Below, in pieces: positions 27,730 through 41,231 of a stretch of 64,000 nucleotides of DNA (position 1 is the first letter of the stretch; every line of letters starts with the position of its first letter). This stretch comes from Octopus vulgaris (Eukaryota), in the NCBI GenBank assembly GCA_951406725.2, contig OX597815.1:67642001-67706000 (forward strand), given 5' to 3'. A program made the translations under genes and the position numbers. The notes under the pieces are model-generated. The model was not told where the DNA came from. It searched no databases and saw only the letters and a list, made by a program, of their open reading frames with translations.

Positions 27730-29541
27730 CACACACACAGAGACACGCACACACATACATACATACATACATACATACATACATACATACATACATACAT
27801 ACATACATACATACATACATACGACCGGCTTCCCTCAGTTTCCGTGTACCAAATCCACTCACAAGGCTTTGGTCAGCCCGAGTAGTTGACATTTGCCCAA
27901 GGTGCCACGCAAGCCGCATTTAGCGAACAGGAAACCTCTCCAGTATTCATCCAAAATCTAGTCATAATATCCGAGGTTCCAGTAATTTACTTAAAGGCGG
28001 CAGGGAAGGGTATGAGCTCGCCCAGCTCGTATAGGGAGTGCTGGAGAAGGTTCACATGCTCGGGACTTTCCCAAAAGCAGATATCCTTCTTTGCAGAACG
28101 ATTATAGTTCTTTAATGCATCTACTTTTTGGGGGGTTTTATGATAAATCATATGATAAATCTTATGACCAAGATTAGGGTTGTACGCCTTTGACTGAAAC
28201 CTTTGAAAACACGCAACCCACAATGAATAATAGTCATGTATCATAATTATATATCACTGAAGAACTCTCGTCATGTTGCTGTTGCTGTTGTTGTTGTTGT
28301 TGAGGTGGTGGTAGTAGCGATGGTGGCGGCGGCCGTGGCGGCGGCCGCGGCGGCGGTGTTATTGTTGTTGTTGTTAGTGGTGGTGGTAATAGTGGTGATG
28401 GTGCTGATGGCGGTGTGGTGGTAATAGTGGTGATGGCGGTGATGTTGGTGTGGTGGTTGGTGGTGATGGCGGTGGTAGCGGTGGCGGCTGCGGCGGCGGC
28501 GGCAGGATTTCACCAACATAAATCTCCAAACTCAGTTTCAACTGTGAGCTCATTATAATGGAAACAAATTCCTTACGTCATTAATGAACATGGAAAACGC
28601 ATAACATTCACAACATCACATCACACTCCTAACCGTTTTCTATGAAAATACCTTTACATCAACGTGGTTGCTCGATAAGCAAGAAATACAACTGAATCTC
28701 CCTCAAATCACAATAAAAAAAACTGAATACGTAACACATTTAACAGTGTACTACGAGATACACTATGGCACAATAAAAGAGAGAAGGGATCAGAAGAAAT
28801 GTCTTTCATCGTATGATCTCACGGACGTCTGTTACATGGGATTAAGCAAAAACGACAACAACAACAATTACATCAACATCGATAATAACAACATCTAATA
28901 TGGGAGGATTTGCACTGTAAACATTAAGCTTCCAATAAGTTGTCGAGTATCACACACGCGTGCACACGCATATAGAGACACATACATATGTATTCACATA
29001 TACACACATAAACAAACATACACATGAACATATGCATATATATATACGCGCATACATGCATATAAACACACATACACACAAACATATATATACACATACA
29101 CACACAAGCACATACTTACGTATAGCCACTTACATACACAAAGATGCACATACACACATATACACACCCATACTACTTTCAAAAGAAACAAAGTGTATTC
29201 TTCATCATTAAGACACACACACAAACACACACACACACACACTCTCTCTCTCTCTCTCTCTCTCTCGCTCTCCCTCTCTCTTTCGCTCGCTCACGCATAC
29301 GCTTACCCACACGCACGCGTGCACACACACAAGCTTACATATATACACAAACATATGCACCCATATACCTGCTTATAATCTAAAAGTTTGTTTCTTCTTT
29401 TTTTACTCTCTCTATGCTGTCTTTTTCACTCATTTTTTTCTCTCTAAATACACATAACTATTTGTACATATGTATATATGCGCGCATATATGTATACACA
29501 GAAACACACGCACACGCCAACAGACACACACACACACATTT

Positions 29542-29721
29542 ATTTATTACTGGTGAAGGCCGGTTTATTGGGTTGTTCTGGGTTTCTTACCATAAAGGGT
29601 ATCTTTATGGCATATCTTCAGATATTCCTATAGGCCAACATGTTTTAGGGTCTGAAGACACGACCCTTTATGGCAAGAAACCCAAGGTAACCCTATAAAC
29701 CTTCCTTCACCAGTAGTAAAT
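29542..29721. repeat. 180-bp imperfect palindrome (foldback/MITE-like)
   Basis: atttattactggtgaagg...tgggtttcttaccataaagggt pairs with accctttatggcaagaaaccca...ccttcaccagtagtaaat; inner tcttcaga/tctgaaga. Confidence 0.85.
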
Positions 29722-29778
29722 ATAGACTGTTCTACTTCTTAGAGTGTACTTCTCCGGATTTAGGCGTTTCTAAAAACA

Positions 29779-29833
<55 letters not shown>

Positions 29834-29834
29834 C

Positions 29835-29892
<58 letters not shown>

Positions 29893-29974
29893 TCGGAATT
29901 TACAAAAAAGCGAAAACAGGTGTGTAAACAACAAACCGGTGTATTAGTTTAACGCTCGGGAAGGTGAGAAAGTA

Positions 29975-30008
29975 TTCTACGTTTCGAGCCTAGGCTCTTC
30001 AACAGAAA
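29975..30008 (-). ncRNA. Variant minimal hammerhead motif (CUGUUGA core) in a Penelope-type short repeat
   Basis: Minus strand UUU CUGUUGA A GAGC cuag GCUC GAAA C GUA/GAA; A6 is substituted. Confidence 0.45.
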
Positions 30009-30085
30009 GGAACACGAGGAAACAGAGAGACGGGATAAAAAAACGAAAGCTTTAGTAGCTAGCTGTCAATCATGGCGATGGCCGG

Positions 30086-30117
<32 letters not shown>

Positions 30118-30172
30118 GTAGATGTAGATGTATATGTGTGTGTGTGTGTGCATATATATATATATGTGTGTG

Positions 30173-30483
30173 TGGAGGCGCAATGACTGTGGTTAGGGCA
30201 GCGGACTCACGGTCGTAGGGTCGCAGTTTCGATTCCCAGACCGGGCTTTGTGAGTGTTTATTGAGCGAAAACACCTAAAGCTCCACGAGGCGCCGGCTGG
30301 GTGTGGTGCCTTTCCCTGCTGTACTCTTTCGCTAAAACTTTCTCTCACCCTTTCTTCTGTTGACCTGCTCGCTTAGCCAGCGGTGTGGCGTCATTTTGAA
30401 GGCTAAAACAATGCGAAGCGCTTTGTGAACAGTGATGTGTACCAACATCTGATAGCCTTGTCGGTCACGGTGATCACGGTGAT
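30173..30483 (+). mobile_element. tRNA-derived SINE family D (OK-like)
   Basis: A-box-like tgactgtggttagg, B-box-like gtttcgattccc; tail with repeated tcacggtga. Confidence 0.85.
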
Positions 30484-30711
30484 ATATGCATATAAGTGCA
30501 TGCACATGTGCACATAAATATACGTGTATATATATTACATATATGCATTGCATACATACACATGTATATTTTATATATACTACAGGTGTGTAGTATACCC
30601 ACATGCATTGATACATACACACATACTCACTCGCACACCCATATATATACATACATATATACATGCATGCATATATATGTATGTACATCTACATGATTAT
30701 ATATATATTTA

Positions 30712-30781
<70 letters not shown>

Positions 30782-30873
30782 TTAATCCAAACGGGAAAAC
30801 AGAAAAAACAACAACACGTGGAACAATTACAGTATTATTATTATTAGGCGCTCAGGAAAATGGAAGAAGGAGG

Positions 30874-30908
30874 GTATGACGTTTCGAGCGGAGCTCTTCG
30901 TCGGAAAC
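30874..30908 (-). ncRNA. Minimal hammerhead motif (CCGACGA core) in a ~200-bp island between (TA)n tracts
   Basis: Minus strand GUUU CCGACGA A GAGC ucc GCUC GAAA C GUC/AUAC. Confidence 0.55.
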
Positions 30909-30979
30909 ATAGGAGAAAGAAAGATCCCGAGACGGGAGGACAGAGGAAAAAAATTGCAGGTAGTCTTCACGAGGTCACG

Positions 30980-31039
<60 letters not shown>

Positions 31040-31205
31040 TATATATATACACACATTTATATATACATATATATATATAAATACATATATATAGACAATT
31101 ATATAGATATACATACATATATACATATAGTTCATATATATTATGCTACACTTTATATGTTTATACTCACATATTCACAGTATATGTGCATGTGTGTGCG
31201 TGTAC

Positions 31206-31239
<34 letters not shown>

Positions 31240-31654
31240 GTGATAGTACAAACAAGATAAACACAAATCGAAAACCGAATATATATATGTATATATATAT
31301 ATACATCTATATATATTTATCATATTTTTAATCGGCAGAAGTTGCAAAATGAGTGAAGGAGCAAAAGTTATTTTCATGGCACCTATCAAACTTTATCGAG
31401 GGAGAGACTGAGTGACAGAGAGATGCACAGACGACGACACTGTTGTAAGTGTAGATCCTCACCCCCAAATTCTCCCCCTTCCCAAGAATCAATCAACCTG
31501 ATCATGAGTTGTTATCGATGGGTTTAACTAAATGCGAAAGGTGAAGCGATTGATTCAATTTATTGTAGGTTATGTAAGTAGGTTATGTGTGTGTGTGCGT
31601 TTGTGTGGGTTTGTGGGTGTGTATGTGTTTGTGTCTGCGTGTGTGTATCTATTG

Positions 31655-31952
31655 TCTTTTACCTGCTTTAGTCATTAGACTGCGGCCATGCTGGGGTACC
31701 GGTGTGAAGGACTTTCACACCGGTACTTTTTTTGAAGCTTGGTAGTGTAGTTATTCTTCGCATCAGTATTGCCGAACTGCTAACTAAAGGACAGGTAAAC
31801 CCAACCACCACCCGTTGATAAGCGGTGGTGGGGACAAACACAGACTGACAGACAGATTAACACACACACACACTTATATATATATATATATACATATGTA
31901 TGTATGTATATATATACGTATGTTTGTATGTATGTAGATATACATACATACA

Positions 31953-32024
<72 letters not shown>

Positions 32025-32185
32025 CAACCTTTCAGTTTCCCTCTACGACATCCACTCACAAGGCTTTACCCTGCTCGATCTGCTTGAGTCCATAGTAGAA
32101 GACACTTGCAAAAAGTGCAACGCAGTGGAACTGAACTCGGAACCATGTTGTTAGGAACTAAGCTTCTTACCACACAGCTACATAT
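31655..32185 (-). mobile_element. CORE SINE family C with expanded internal (TA)n
   Basis: Tail gactgcggccatgctgggg at about 31678 and head cttcttaccacacagc at about 32163-32178. Confidence 0.7.
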
Positions 32186-32265
32186 ATAGCTACGTACATA
32201 CATACATACATACATACATATATGCATACATACATACATACATACATACATACATAATACATACA

Positions 32266-32298
<33 letters not shown>

Positions 32299-32313
32299 GC
32301 ATACATACATACA

Positions 32314-32346
<33 letters not shown>

Positions 32347-32437
32347 GCATACATACATACATACATACATACATACATACATACATACATACATACATAC
32401 ATACATACATACATACATACATACATACATACATACA

Positions 32438-32473
<36 letters not shown>

Positions 32474-32569
32474 CTTATGCACATAAGTACGTATATGCAT
32501 ATACATACACAGGCACATGCTTATGCACATTCAATCACGTACACAGAGTCGAGGAGAAAGTTTTATCGG

Positions 32570-32656
<87 letters not shown>

Positions 32657-32712
32657 CCGCTCTGTAACTGGCCGAATATCTATTTGTGTGTGTGTGTGTT
32701 TGTGTGTGTGTG

Positions 32713-32790
<78 letters not shown>

Positions 32791-32984
32791 ATCTGTATAT
32801 ATAAATGCCATGAATGATGAAATTAAATGTTTTACCTAAGAAGTGCTCGGAGGAGAAACAGAAAGGAAGTAATAATAGTGAATTAAAGGAAAAGGCAGAA
32901 AAAATGTACAAAGAGAAAGAACGAATTTGATAAACCTAAGTCTTATGAATGAAAGCAAAATCTCAAATGAGGAGCAAAAAGACA

Positions 32985-33308
<324 letters not shown>

Positions 33309-34401
33309 AATACGGCGGTAGCTACGATGAATCGTATCAATGTTTATATTTGCAAAAATAGTGATGAGAACAATCGAACGATGTTATAGAAGCAGAACGG
33401 AAACACCAAAAACATGGTTATTAAATACATGCTAACATACATGCATACATACACGCATACATACATACATACATACATACATACATACATACATACATAC
33501 ATACATACGTATATACATGTATGTGTATGTGTACATACATACGTATGTATGTATATATATATATATATATATATACGTATATGTTTACATACATATATAT
33601 TTCTGTATATTTGTGTATATATATGTATATATATATGTATATATATGTATATATGTATACATTTATATATATTTATATATATGTATGTATATATTTATAC
33701 ATACACATACACATACACACACACGTGTGTGTGTGTGTGCGCGCACACATGCTTCCGTACATCGATTGTTTGCGAATTTAAAAGCATGAATATGTATACT
33801 TGTTTGAGTTTAAATACATCTTGTTTTTTATCTATTTTTTTACATTTCAGTTTTTAAAAATTTTTCTTAATTTATTTCTTTATTATGACATTTAAATTAT
33901 TTTTTTGTCACATCATAGATTGAATTTCAAAGTACCAAAGAAAGCTAAAATATAATATAAATATGAACTTACCATATATATATATACAAATATATATATA
34001 TCGGTCCGTTGGTGGAAGTTTCGTTGAGGGGTTTGTTTTTTTTATATTTGTAAAGGGATATGTATATAAATATATATTTATATATACACACATATACATT
34101 CATATATATAAATATATATATATATACACACATATACATACAACACACATACACATGTGCACATACACTCACTCACCCCCGATACATGCAGACATGTGCA
34201 TCGCACACATGCTTACAACTTCACGCCGACTTACAGTCATATGCATTCACGCAAATATACATGCATACGCCACTTGTTCGCTCGTTCATTCATTCACTCA
34301 GCACATTGACATGCATATCGCCAACAGGATGCACACACATGCACAACGACCATACATTGCACGTATGTATGAATGTATGTATGTATATATATATATATAT
34401 A

Positions 34402-34436
<35 letters not shown>

Positions 34437-34877
34437 GTCCGTGAGGGATTAATATATTCAATATATATATAATATTATAGATATTATATATCTATGTATA
34501 TGTATGCACATATGTATGTATGCACATATGTATGTATGTGTGTATATATGTATGTATGTATGATGTTTATCGCACTTAACCGGGTCTTTCTCTTTGCTGC
34601 TGTTATCCAAAACGATATAATACGGCGTTTGTTTATCTTCTTCCTCGACAGTGAAAGTGTAACACACCGCTTGTTGTGGTATAAAGCCCACCTTTAAAAC
34701 TCGCTCACTCGCTCGGATTCGGTCTGGTGTTGTGGTGTAGTGTCGTGTGGTTTATAATATGGTGAAGCGTGGTGTAATGCAGTGTGATGTGATGTGAATG
34801 TTTGTGTGTTGTGTGGTGTATTAAAATGCAACGTGGTGCTTTCGCAGATACCACTTCCTCCCTCTCTCGCTCATTCT

Positions 34878-34914
<37 letters not shown>

Positions 34915-35354
34915 TCTCACCCTACCCTCACCCTCATTTTTTTGTTTCTCTGTCTTTCCCTCTCACCCTCTCTCAATCTCTCACTCTTTCCTTCACCCTC
35001 TCTTTCTCTCTCTCTCTCTCTCACTCACGCTTCCAGTGAGTGTGTCTCATCTTTTTTCCTCTTGTCAAGCAGAGAGGGAAATGTTGTACAGCTGTGCACC
35101 TACCAGAGAAAATTAACCCCCTTTTGCTAAGGTGTGTCTCGTGAAGAAAGGTGAAGTGATATTTCTACCCATTCCGTGAGCGATATATATATGATATAAT
35201 ATATATATGCATATATACGTATATATATATATATATATATAAATATATAAATACATACGTACATACATATATATACAAGCATATATATATATATATAATG
35301 CAAGTAGGCATACATGTTCATCTGTATGTGTGTACATGTGTGTAAATATATGTA

Positions 35355-35437
<83 letters not shown>

Positions 35438-35443
35438 TATATT

Positions 35444-35489
<46 letters not shown>

Positions 35490-35503
35490 TGCATACATAT
35501 ATA

Positions 35504-35542
<39 letters not shown>

Positions 35543-35957
35543 CGGTATGCACATATGTGTCTGTATATATGCATATATACATACATGCATAGTTATCTGT
35601 CTATGTGCACTTGCATACTTGTGTTTATGCATATATATTTATTTAAACCTGTTTGTAAGCATCGTTTCAGATAAACGGTTGCCCCCTTAATGTGTAAGCA
35701 TGTACGTGTTTTGCATGTTTGTTTGTCTGTGTGTGTGTGAGAGAGAAAGAGAGAGAGAGAGACTGAGACAAAGAGAGACAGAGAAGGAGAGAAAGAGAGA
35801 GAGAAAGAGAGGTAGAGAGTGTTGCTAACGGGTGTTTATGCGGGATTTTTTTGTCAGTATATATGCATATCTGTATATGTGCTACATCTGTCATTTTGCT
35901 AAATGTATTGTAGATGTGCATTTATACGGTTCAGCGTATATATGTGTGTGTGTGTGT

Positions 35958-36000
<43 letters not shown>

Positions 36001-36111
36001 ATTATTTGAAATGGTTTGATTCGGCATGGATCCGATCGAACTGTTTTAAATAATACAAGTAACTCCTACTAAATGTGTTGAGTGCCTTTTCTTTCATTTG
36101 TTCAGTCACTC

Positions 36112-36177
<66 letters not shown>

Positions 36178-36185
36178 AGATAGAG

Positions 36186-36253
<68 letters not shown>

Positions 36254-36589
36254 GGGTGGATGGATGGATGGATTGATAGATCGATAGTTAGATAGATACA
36301 CATATGCATACATACATATAAATATGTGCATATACTTTATATACGCAAAGAAGTGCTTGATTCTGTGTGTTTGTGTGCGCGCTTGCGGTATGTTGGCTTA
36401 GATGTTAGGGCATCAGATAAAAATTCGTTACGGTATCTATTCTGGATTTCTGCGCTCTGAGTTCAATTCCGACTGAAGTTAACTTTGCCTTTCTTCGATA
36501 AATAAATATAGCTTCAATGCATTATTGAGTTCGATTCTTCATCTCATCCTATTCCTCATTTTCTCTGTCTCCATTACCCTAATCCTATC

Positions 36590-36848
36590 TACCCTCTCTC
36601 TCTCTCTCTCTCTGTCTTTGTCTGTCTGTCTCTCTTTTTCCCCTCTGTCTGTCCGGCTTTCTCTCTGTTTTTTCTCTGTTTCTGTCTGTCTGTCTGTCTC
36701 TGTCTGTCACTCTCTCTCTTTCTCTCTCTTTTTCTCTCTATCTGTCTGTCTGTCTGTCTCTCTCTTTTTCTCTATCTTTCTCTCTGTTTCTGTGTGTCTG
36801 TCTATGTATCTGATGCTCTGTCTGTCTGTCTGTCTGTGTATCTGATGC

Positions 36849-36879
<31 letters not shown>

Positions 36880-36910
36880 GTCTCTGTCTCTCTATCCCTC
36901 TCCCTCTCTC

Positions 36911-36966
<56 letters not shown>
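36590..36966. repeat. (CT)n/(CTGT)n polypyrimidine field
   Basis: Visible directly in the sequence. Confidence 0.9.
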
Positions 36967-36969
<3 letters not shown>

Positions 36970-37724
36970 TGTTTTCAGAACAGAACAGGGTTCCATTTCC
37001 ATCAAGTTTAAACTTCATGAGACATATATCACGACGACACACATCTGCGGTCCCACGACCCATCTGGGATTCTGGGCACGGGGAGCAGACAGAGGACAAC
37101 TTTGTGTATTTATTTACATGTGTTTGTGTGTGTGTGTTTTATACACCTATATATGCATGTATATATGTGCATATGGATGTGTTGGCGCTTATTTTTGATA
37201 AGCCTGTGGGCACGTATGTTGTTTATGCATGTGTGTGTGTGTCTGTGTTTGTGTGTGTGTGTCTGTGTTTGTTTGTGTGTATGTGTGTGTGAATAGGTTT
37301 ATGTGTATATAGAGATTCTTTGTGCGTCTGTGTGTGAGAGAGTATGTGTTTTTATATGGGTGGAAAAGCAGAGTCATGCGTGTGTGTGAATATGTGTAAA
37401 TGTATGTCTGTATGTGTATAAGTAAGTTCATGTGTATGCAAAGGTATGTTTATGTGTGTGTATATGTTAACTGTGTGTTATATCCGTATTTTCATGCACA
37501 CATACACACCATTTATTCATGTGAGGCATTATAAGTTATGTGTATGTACCTCTATGCATGTTTGCATGTGTAAGCGCAAATATTTCTGCATGTATGTGAT
37601 CTATGCAAATAACTGTTTGTGTTAGAATTTGAAGAACTTGTGCATATCGTTGTAAAGACTTCTTGAAGACATGTCTATATTTCTGAAGGTGTGATTGTCC
37701 TGTACTTACGTGTGGAGTGCTTCC

Positions 37725-37811
<87 letters not shown>

Positions 37812-38066
37812 ATCTATCTATCTTCTATCTTTCCACGGATAAACCTTATCTGTTTCCCCCTTTACACTTTACATCATGACATTTCTATGATCCTTATTGA
37901 TGGTTTTTTGGAGGTTTTTTATGATCACTTTTGATCGAAAACCTACACCCTTATTTTCTTATTTTCTTTTTCTTTTTTTTTCGTTTTTCTTTCTCCCCAA
38001 AAAGAAAAACTCTACTTTGTAATTTGCCCCCTCTGTGTTCAGCCCTGTGTGGCTAATAAAGAAACA

Positions 38067-38226
<160 letters not shown>

Positions 38227-38870
38227 GGGCCCTCTATCTATTTTATACATAATCGGCAAAAATTACTGACTGACTCACGAGCCGAGAGCTTTGTCTACTG
38301 GAGCCTATCGAATGCACGAAACTCTCGGCTCATAAGTCACTCCGTAAATTCTGTAGATTATCAATTTTATATAAATATACATACACACATACATACATAC
38401 TACAGCACCAGGGGTATTTTACTCCTGTTTCTAGCAATGTAGGTGTCTCGACATCCTTAGTCACATTTAGTGACGATTAACTCTTTCCTTTATGGCATTA
38501 TATTGGACGTAAGTGTTATTATTATTATTTATTTCTTTATTTATTTTTTGCATACGGATTAGCATTCTGCTCAATCATCTATATATTTCTATAGTATATA
38601 CATATATACTGACTGGCGGAATTAGCCAACACGAGCCGATTGAGCGACTTTCACTGACGAAACGTACGGAAATAATGAAACTAGACGTCTAATCTGAGAG
38701 ATTCTCGATTCAGTCATAGGGCGGTCTCTTAGCGTATGTGTATACATTTGCGCTCTTCCTAAAGCACCAAGAGTATTCTACATCTATTTCTAGCAATATA
38801 TGTGTCCCGACACTCTCGCTCATATTTAGGGGAACGATTGAAATTTTCCTTCATGGTATTACATTGCGCC

Positions 38871-38920
<50 letters not shown>

Positions 38921-38921
<1 letters not shown>

Positions 38922-39747
38922 TAGCAGAGATACCCGGCGTTGCCCGGTTACATTCAATAGAAGAATTAGACTTTTCTGTTATATATATATGGATACACAC
39001 ACAAATATATGTATATTAATATAAATACATGAAAGTACGTGAAATTTGTTAAAAAAAGGGGATCATGTATATACCTCCTGGCTGTTATAACACCTCGTTG
39101 TAAACAATGTTCCTTGTTTTTCCTTGTGGAGCATATACAAAAAGGTTTCTTTTAGTTCCTACTCTTGAGTAGCCAACATACAGTTGCCTATGCGAGAAGC
39201 AGGGCTCTTCCAAGAGAAGACCAGCTACAGAGAGGGTTTGACCCTGATATTTGTTAATAGACATGCCAAAGCTGACACGAGGGGGAATTGCAGTCTTCTG
39301 AATGTAAATGGAATTTCTGCTCCTGATGGAGTAAGAGGAAATCTTGGAATAAAGACGTCATCACCTTTTCCACATCCAGAAAGAATGATCGCCTCGATAA
39401 CGTGTAATATAATTTTCTTTATCAGCAGTCGTGTTCCATTGCAAAGTCTTGGTGGTTCCAGATTGCGGAGTAGCATTACAGGAGTTCCAACTTTAAGAGG
39501 TAATATGTGTGGAGGTAGTCGAGGAGGCTCCAGTGAATTGAGAAATGCAGGAGGATAGTTCACAACTTCGAGTTTTCTCGAATTTTTGCTTAATTGGGGG
39601 TCAAATTGAAAAAACTTTACATGCCATGACCCAATCGAATCTACTTGGAAAAATCATAGGTAAATTCCAATTGAAGAAATTCTATGTAGTAGAATTGTAT
39701 TAAAAAGAAACATGGGACCAGGCCGAGAAAATCTGCCTTTTATCATA

Positions 39748-39750
<3 letters not shown>
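38921..39750 (-). mobile_element. Complete 830-bp non-autonomous Helitron carrying a PIF1-like helicase C-terminal remnant
   Basis: Minus strand begins TC (39750) after A and ends with the ccgggcaacgccggg hairpin plus CTAG (38921) before T. Internal translation [31 protein letters not shown]...RLQFP...QGQTL...FSH.QLYV..SRV. Confidence 0.9.
39085..39563 (-). pseudogene. Helitron RepHel helicase (PIF1 family) C-terminal fragment, frameshifted
   Basis: ORF 39225-39563, continuing in another frame to NIVYNEVL*. Confidence 0.85.
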
Positions 39751-39804
<54 letters not shown>

Positions 39805-39863
39805 CATACATATATATACATATATACATATATATATACATATATATACATATATACATATAT

Positions 39864-39914
<51 letters not shown>

Positions 39915-39919
<5 letters not shown>

Positions 39920-40465
39920 AAAGATAAATGCGATACAATAAAATTAATTATAATCGCCGGTGTACCAGTACACGCCATATATTATACATATATCATTACA
40001 TTCAAGGCGAAGAGTGCACTAGATACACAATAGCTGGATAAATTTAGTGAGATGAAAATTAAAAACTTTTACAAACTTAACTTTTCTTATACTGCAGTTT
40101 CGCCAAATTCAGTAATAAAAATAGTATTTATTTACTCAGGCTGGCTCTTCAGTAAGATTCCTGTTAATGATGGGAAGACCATATCAATAGACCCATGTGC
40201 GTCTATCGAAATGCTCTTTCTAAACTATTCAAAACACTGCGCAGACTCAGAACAAACCCGACAAAATAGGGGATTGTGGTATATCGTCTAACGGTCAGAA
40301 ATTTATCGAGAGAATATGTAAACAAAGATAAATGCGATACAATAAAATTAATTATAATCGCCGGTGTACCAGTACACGCCATATATTATACATATATCAT
40401 TACATTCAAGGCGAAGAGTGCACTAGATACACAATAGATGGATAAATTTAGTGAGATGAAAATTA
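39915..40465 (-). mobile_element. Partial tandem repeat (404-bp period, 147-bp direct repeats) containing a hammerhead ribozyme; retrozyme or non-autonomous PLE-like unit
   Basis: 39915-40061 and 40319-40465 are identical except for one base; flanked by (TA)n-rich tracts; HHR at 40086-40156. Confidence 0.7.
40086..40156 (-). ncRNA. Type-I hammerhead ribozyme motif
   Basis: Minus strand CUUA CUGAAGA GCCAG...UUGGC GAAA CUGCAG UA/UAAG: canonical core, GUA triplet, palindromic helix III ACUGCAGU, extended stem II. Confidence 0.8.
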
Positions 40466-40538
40466 TACATATATATACATATATAGACATATATATGTAT
40501 ATATATATAATGTATGTAAGTGTGTATGTATGTTTGTA

Positions 40539-40850
40539 TAGGCACAAATGTGGCTGTGTCGTAAGAAGCTTACTTCCCAACCACATGGTTCCGGGTTCAG
40601 CCCCACTGCGTGGCACCTTGCGTGTGTGCCTTCTACTATATCCTTGCCTCTGGCCGACCAAAGCCTTGTGAGTGGATTAGACAGACGGAAACTGAAAGAA
40701 GCTTGTCGTATATATTTATAAATTTATGTGTGCGTCTTTGTGTCTGTGCTTGTCCCCAACCCTCACTTGACAACCGGTGTTGGTGTGTTTACGTCCCTGT
40801 AAATAACGGTGCTCCAGCATGGCCGCAGTCAAATGACAGAAACCTTTAAC
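40539..40850 (+). mobile_element. CORE SINE family C (OR2-like), internally deleted
   Basis: gtggctgtgtcgtaag...ccgggttcagccccactgcgtggcaccttg...gctccagcatggccgcagtcaaatgac. Confidence 0.85.
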
Positions 40851-40870
40851 AGAATTAATATGTGTGTGTG

Positions 40871-40907
<37 letters not shown>

Positions 40908-41166
40908 AACCAGTTCTATTTTTGTTTCCATCACTAAACCTATGTATGCATGAATGTATGTATGAATGTATGGATGTATGTATGCATGTATGGGTGTATG
41001 TGTTATATATATATATCTATCTATCTATCTGTCAATCTATTTATTGATCGATTTATCTCTACACACATACATTCATGCATACATACATACATACATGCAG
41101 ACATTCATGCATACATGTATATGTGTATACGTGTGTACATGTTTGTGTGTGTCCGTGTATGTATGC

Positions 41167-41231
<65 letters not shown>

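Noticed and set aside
30173-30245. tRNA-like sequence with A and B boxes
   Set aside because: It is the head of a SINE that continues into a shared body, with no complete cloverleaf. The same applies to the other SINE heads.
38650-38695. CUGACGA...GAAAC..GUC hammerhead-like string on the plus strand
   Set aside because: Stem II and helix I do not pair.
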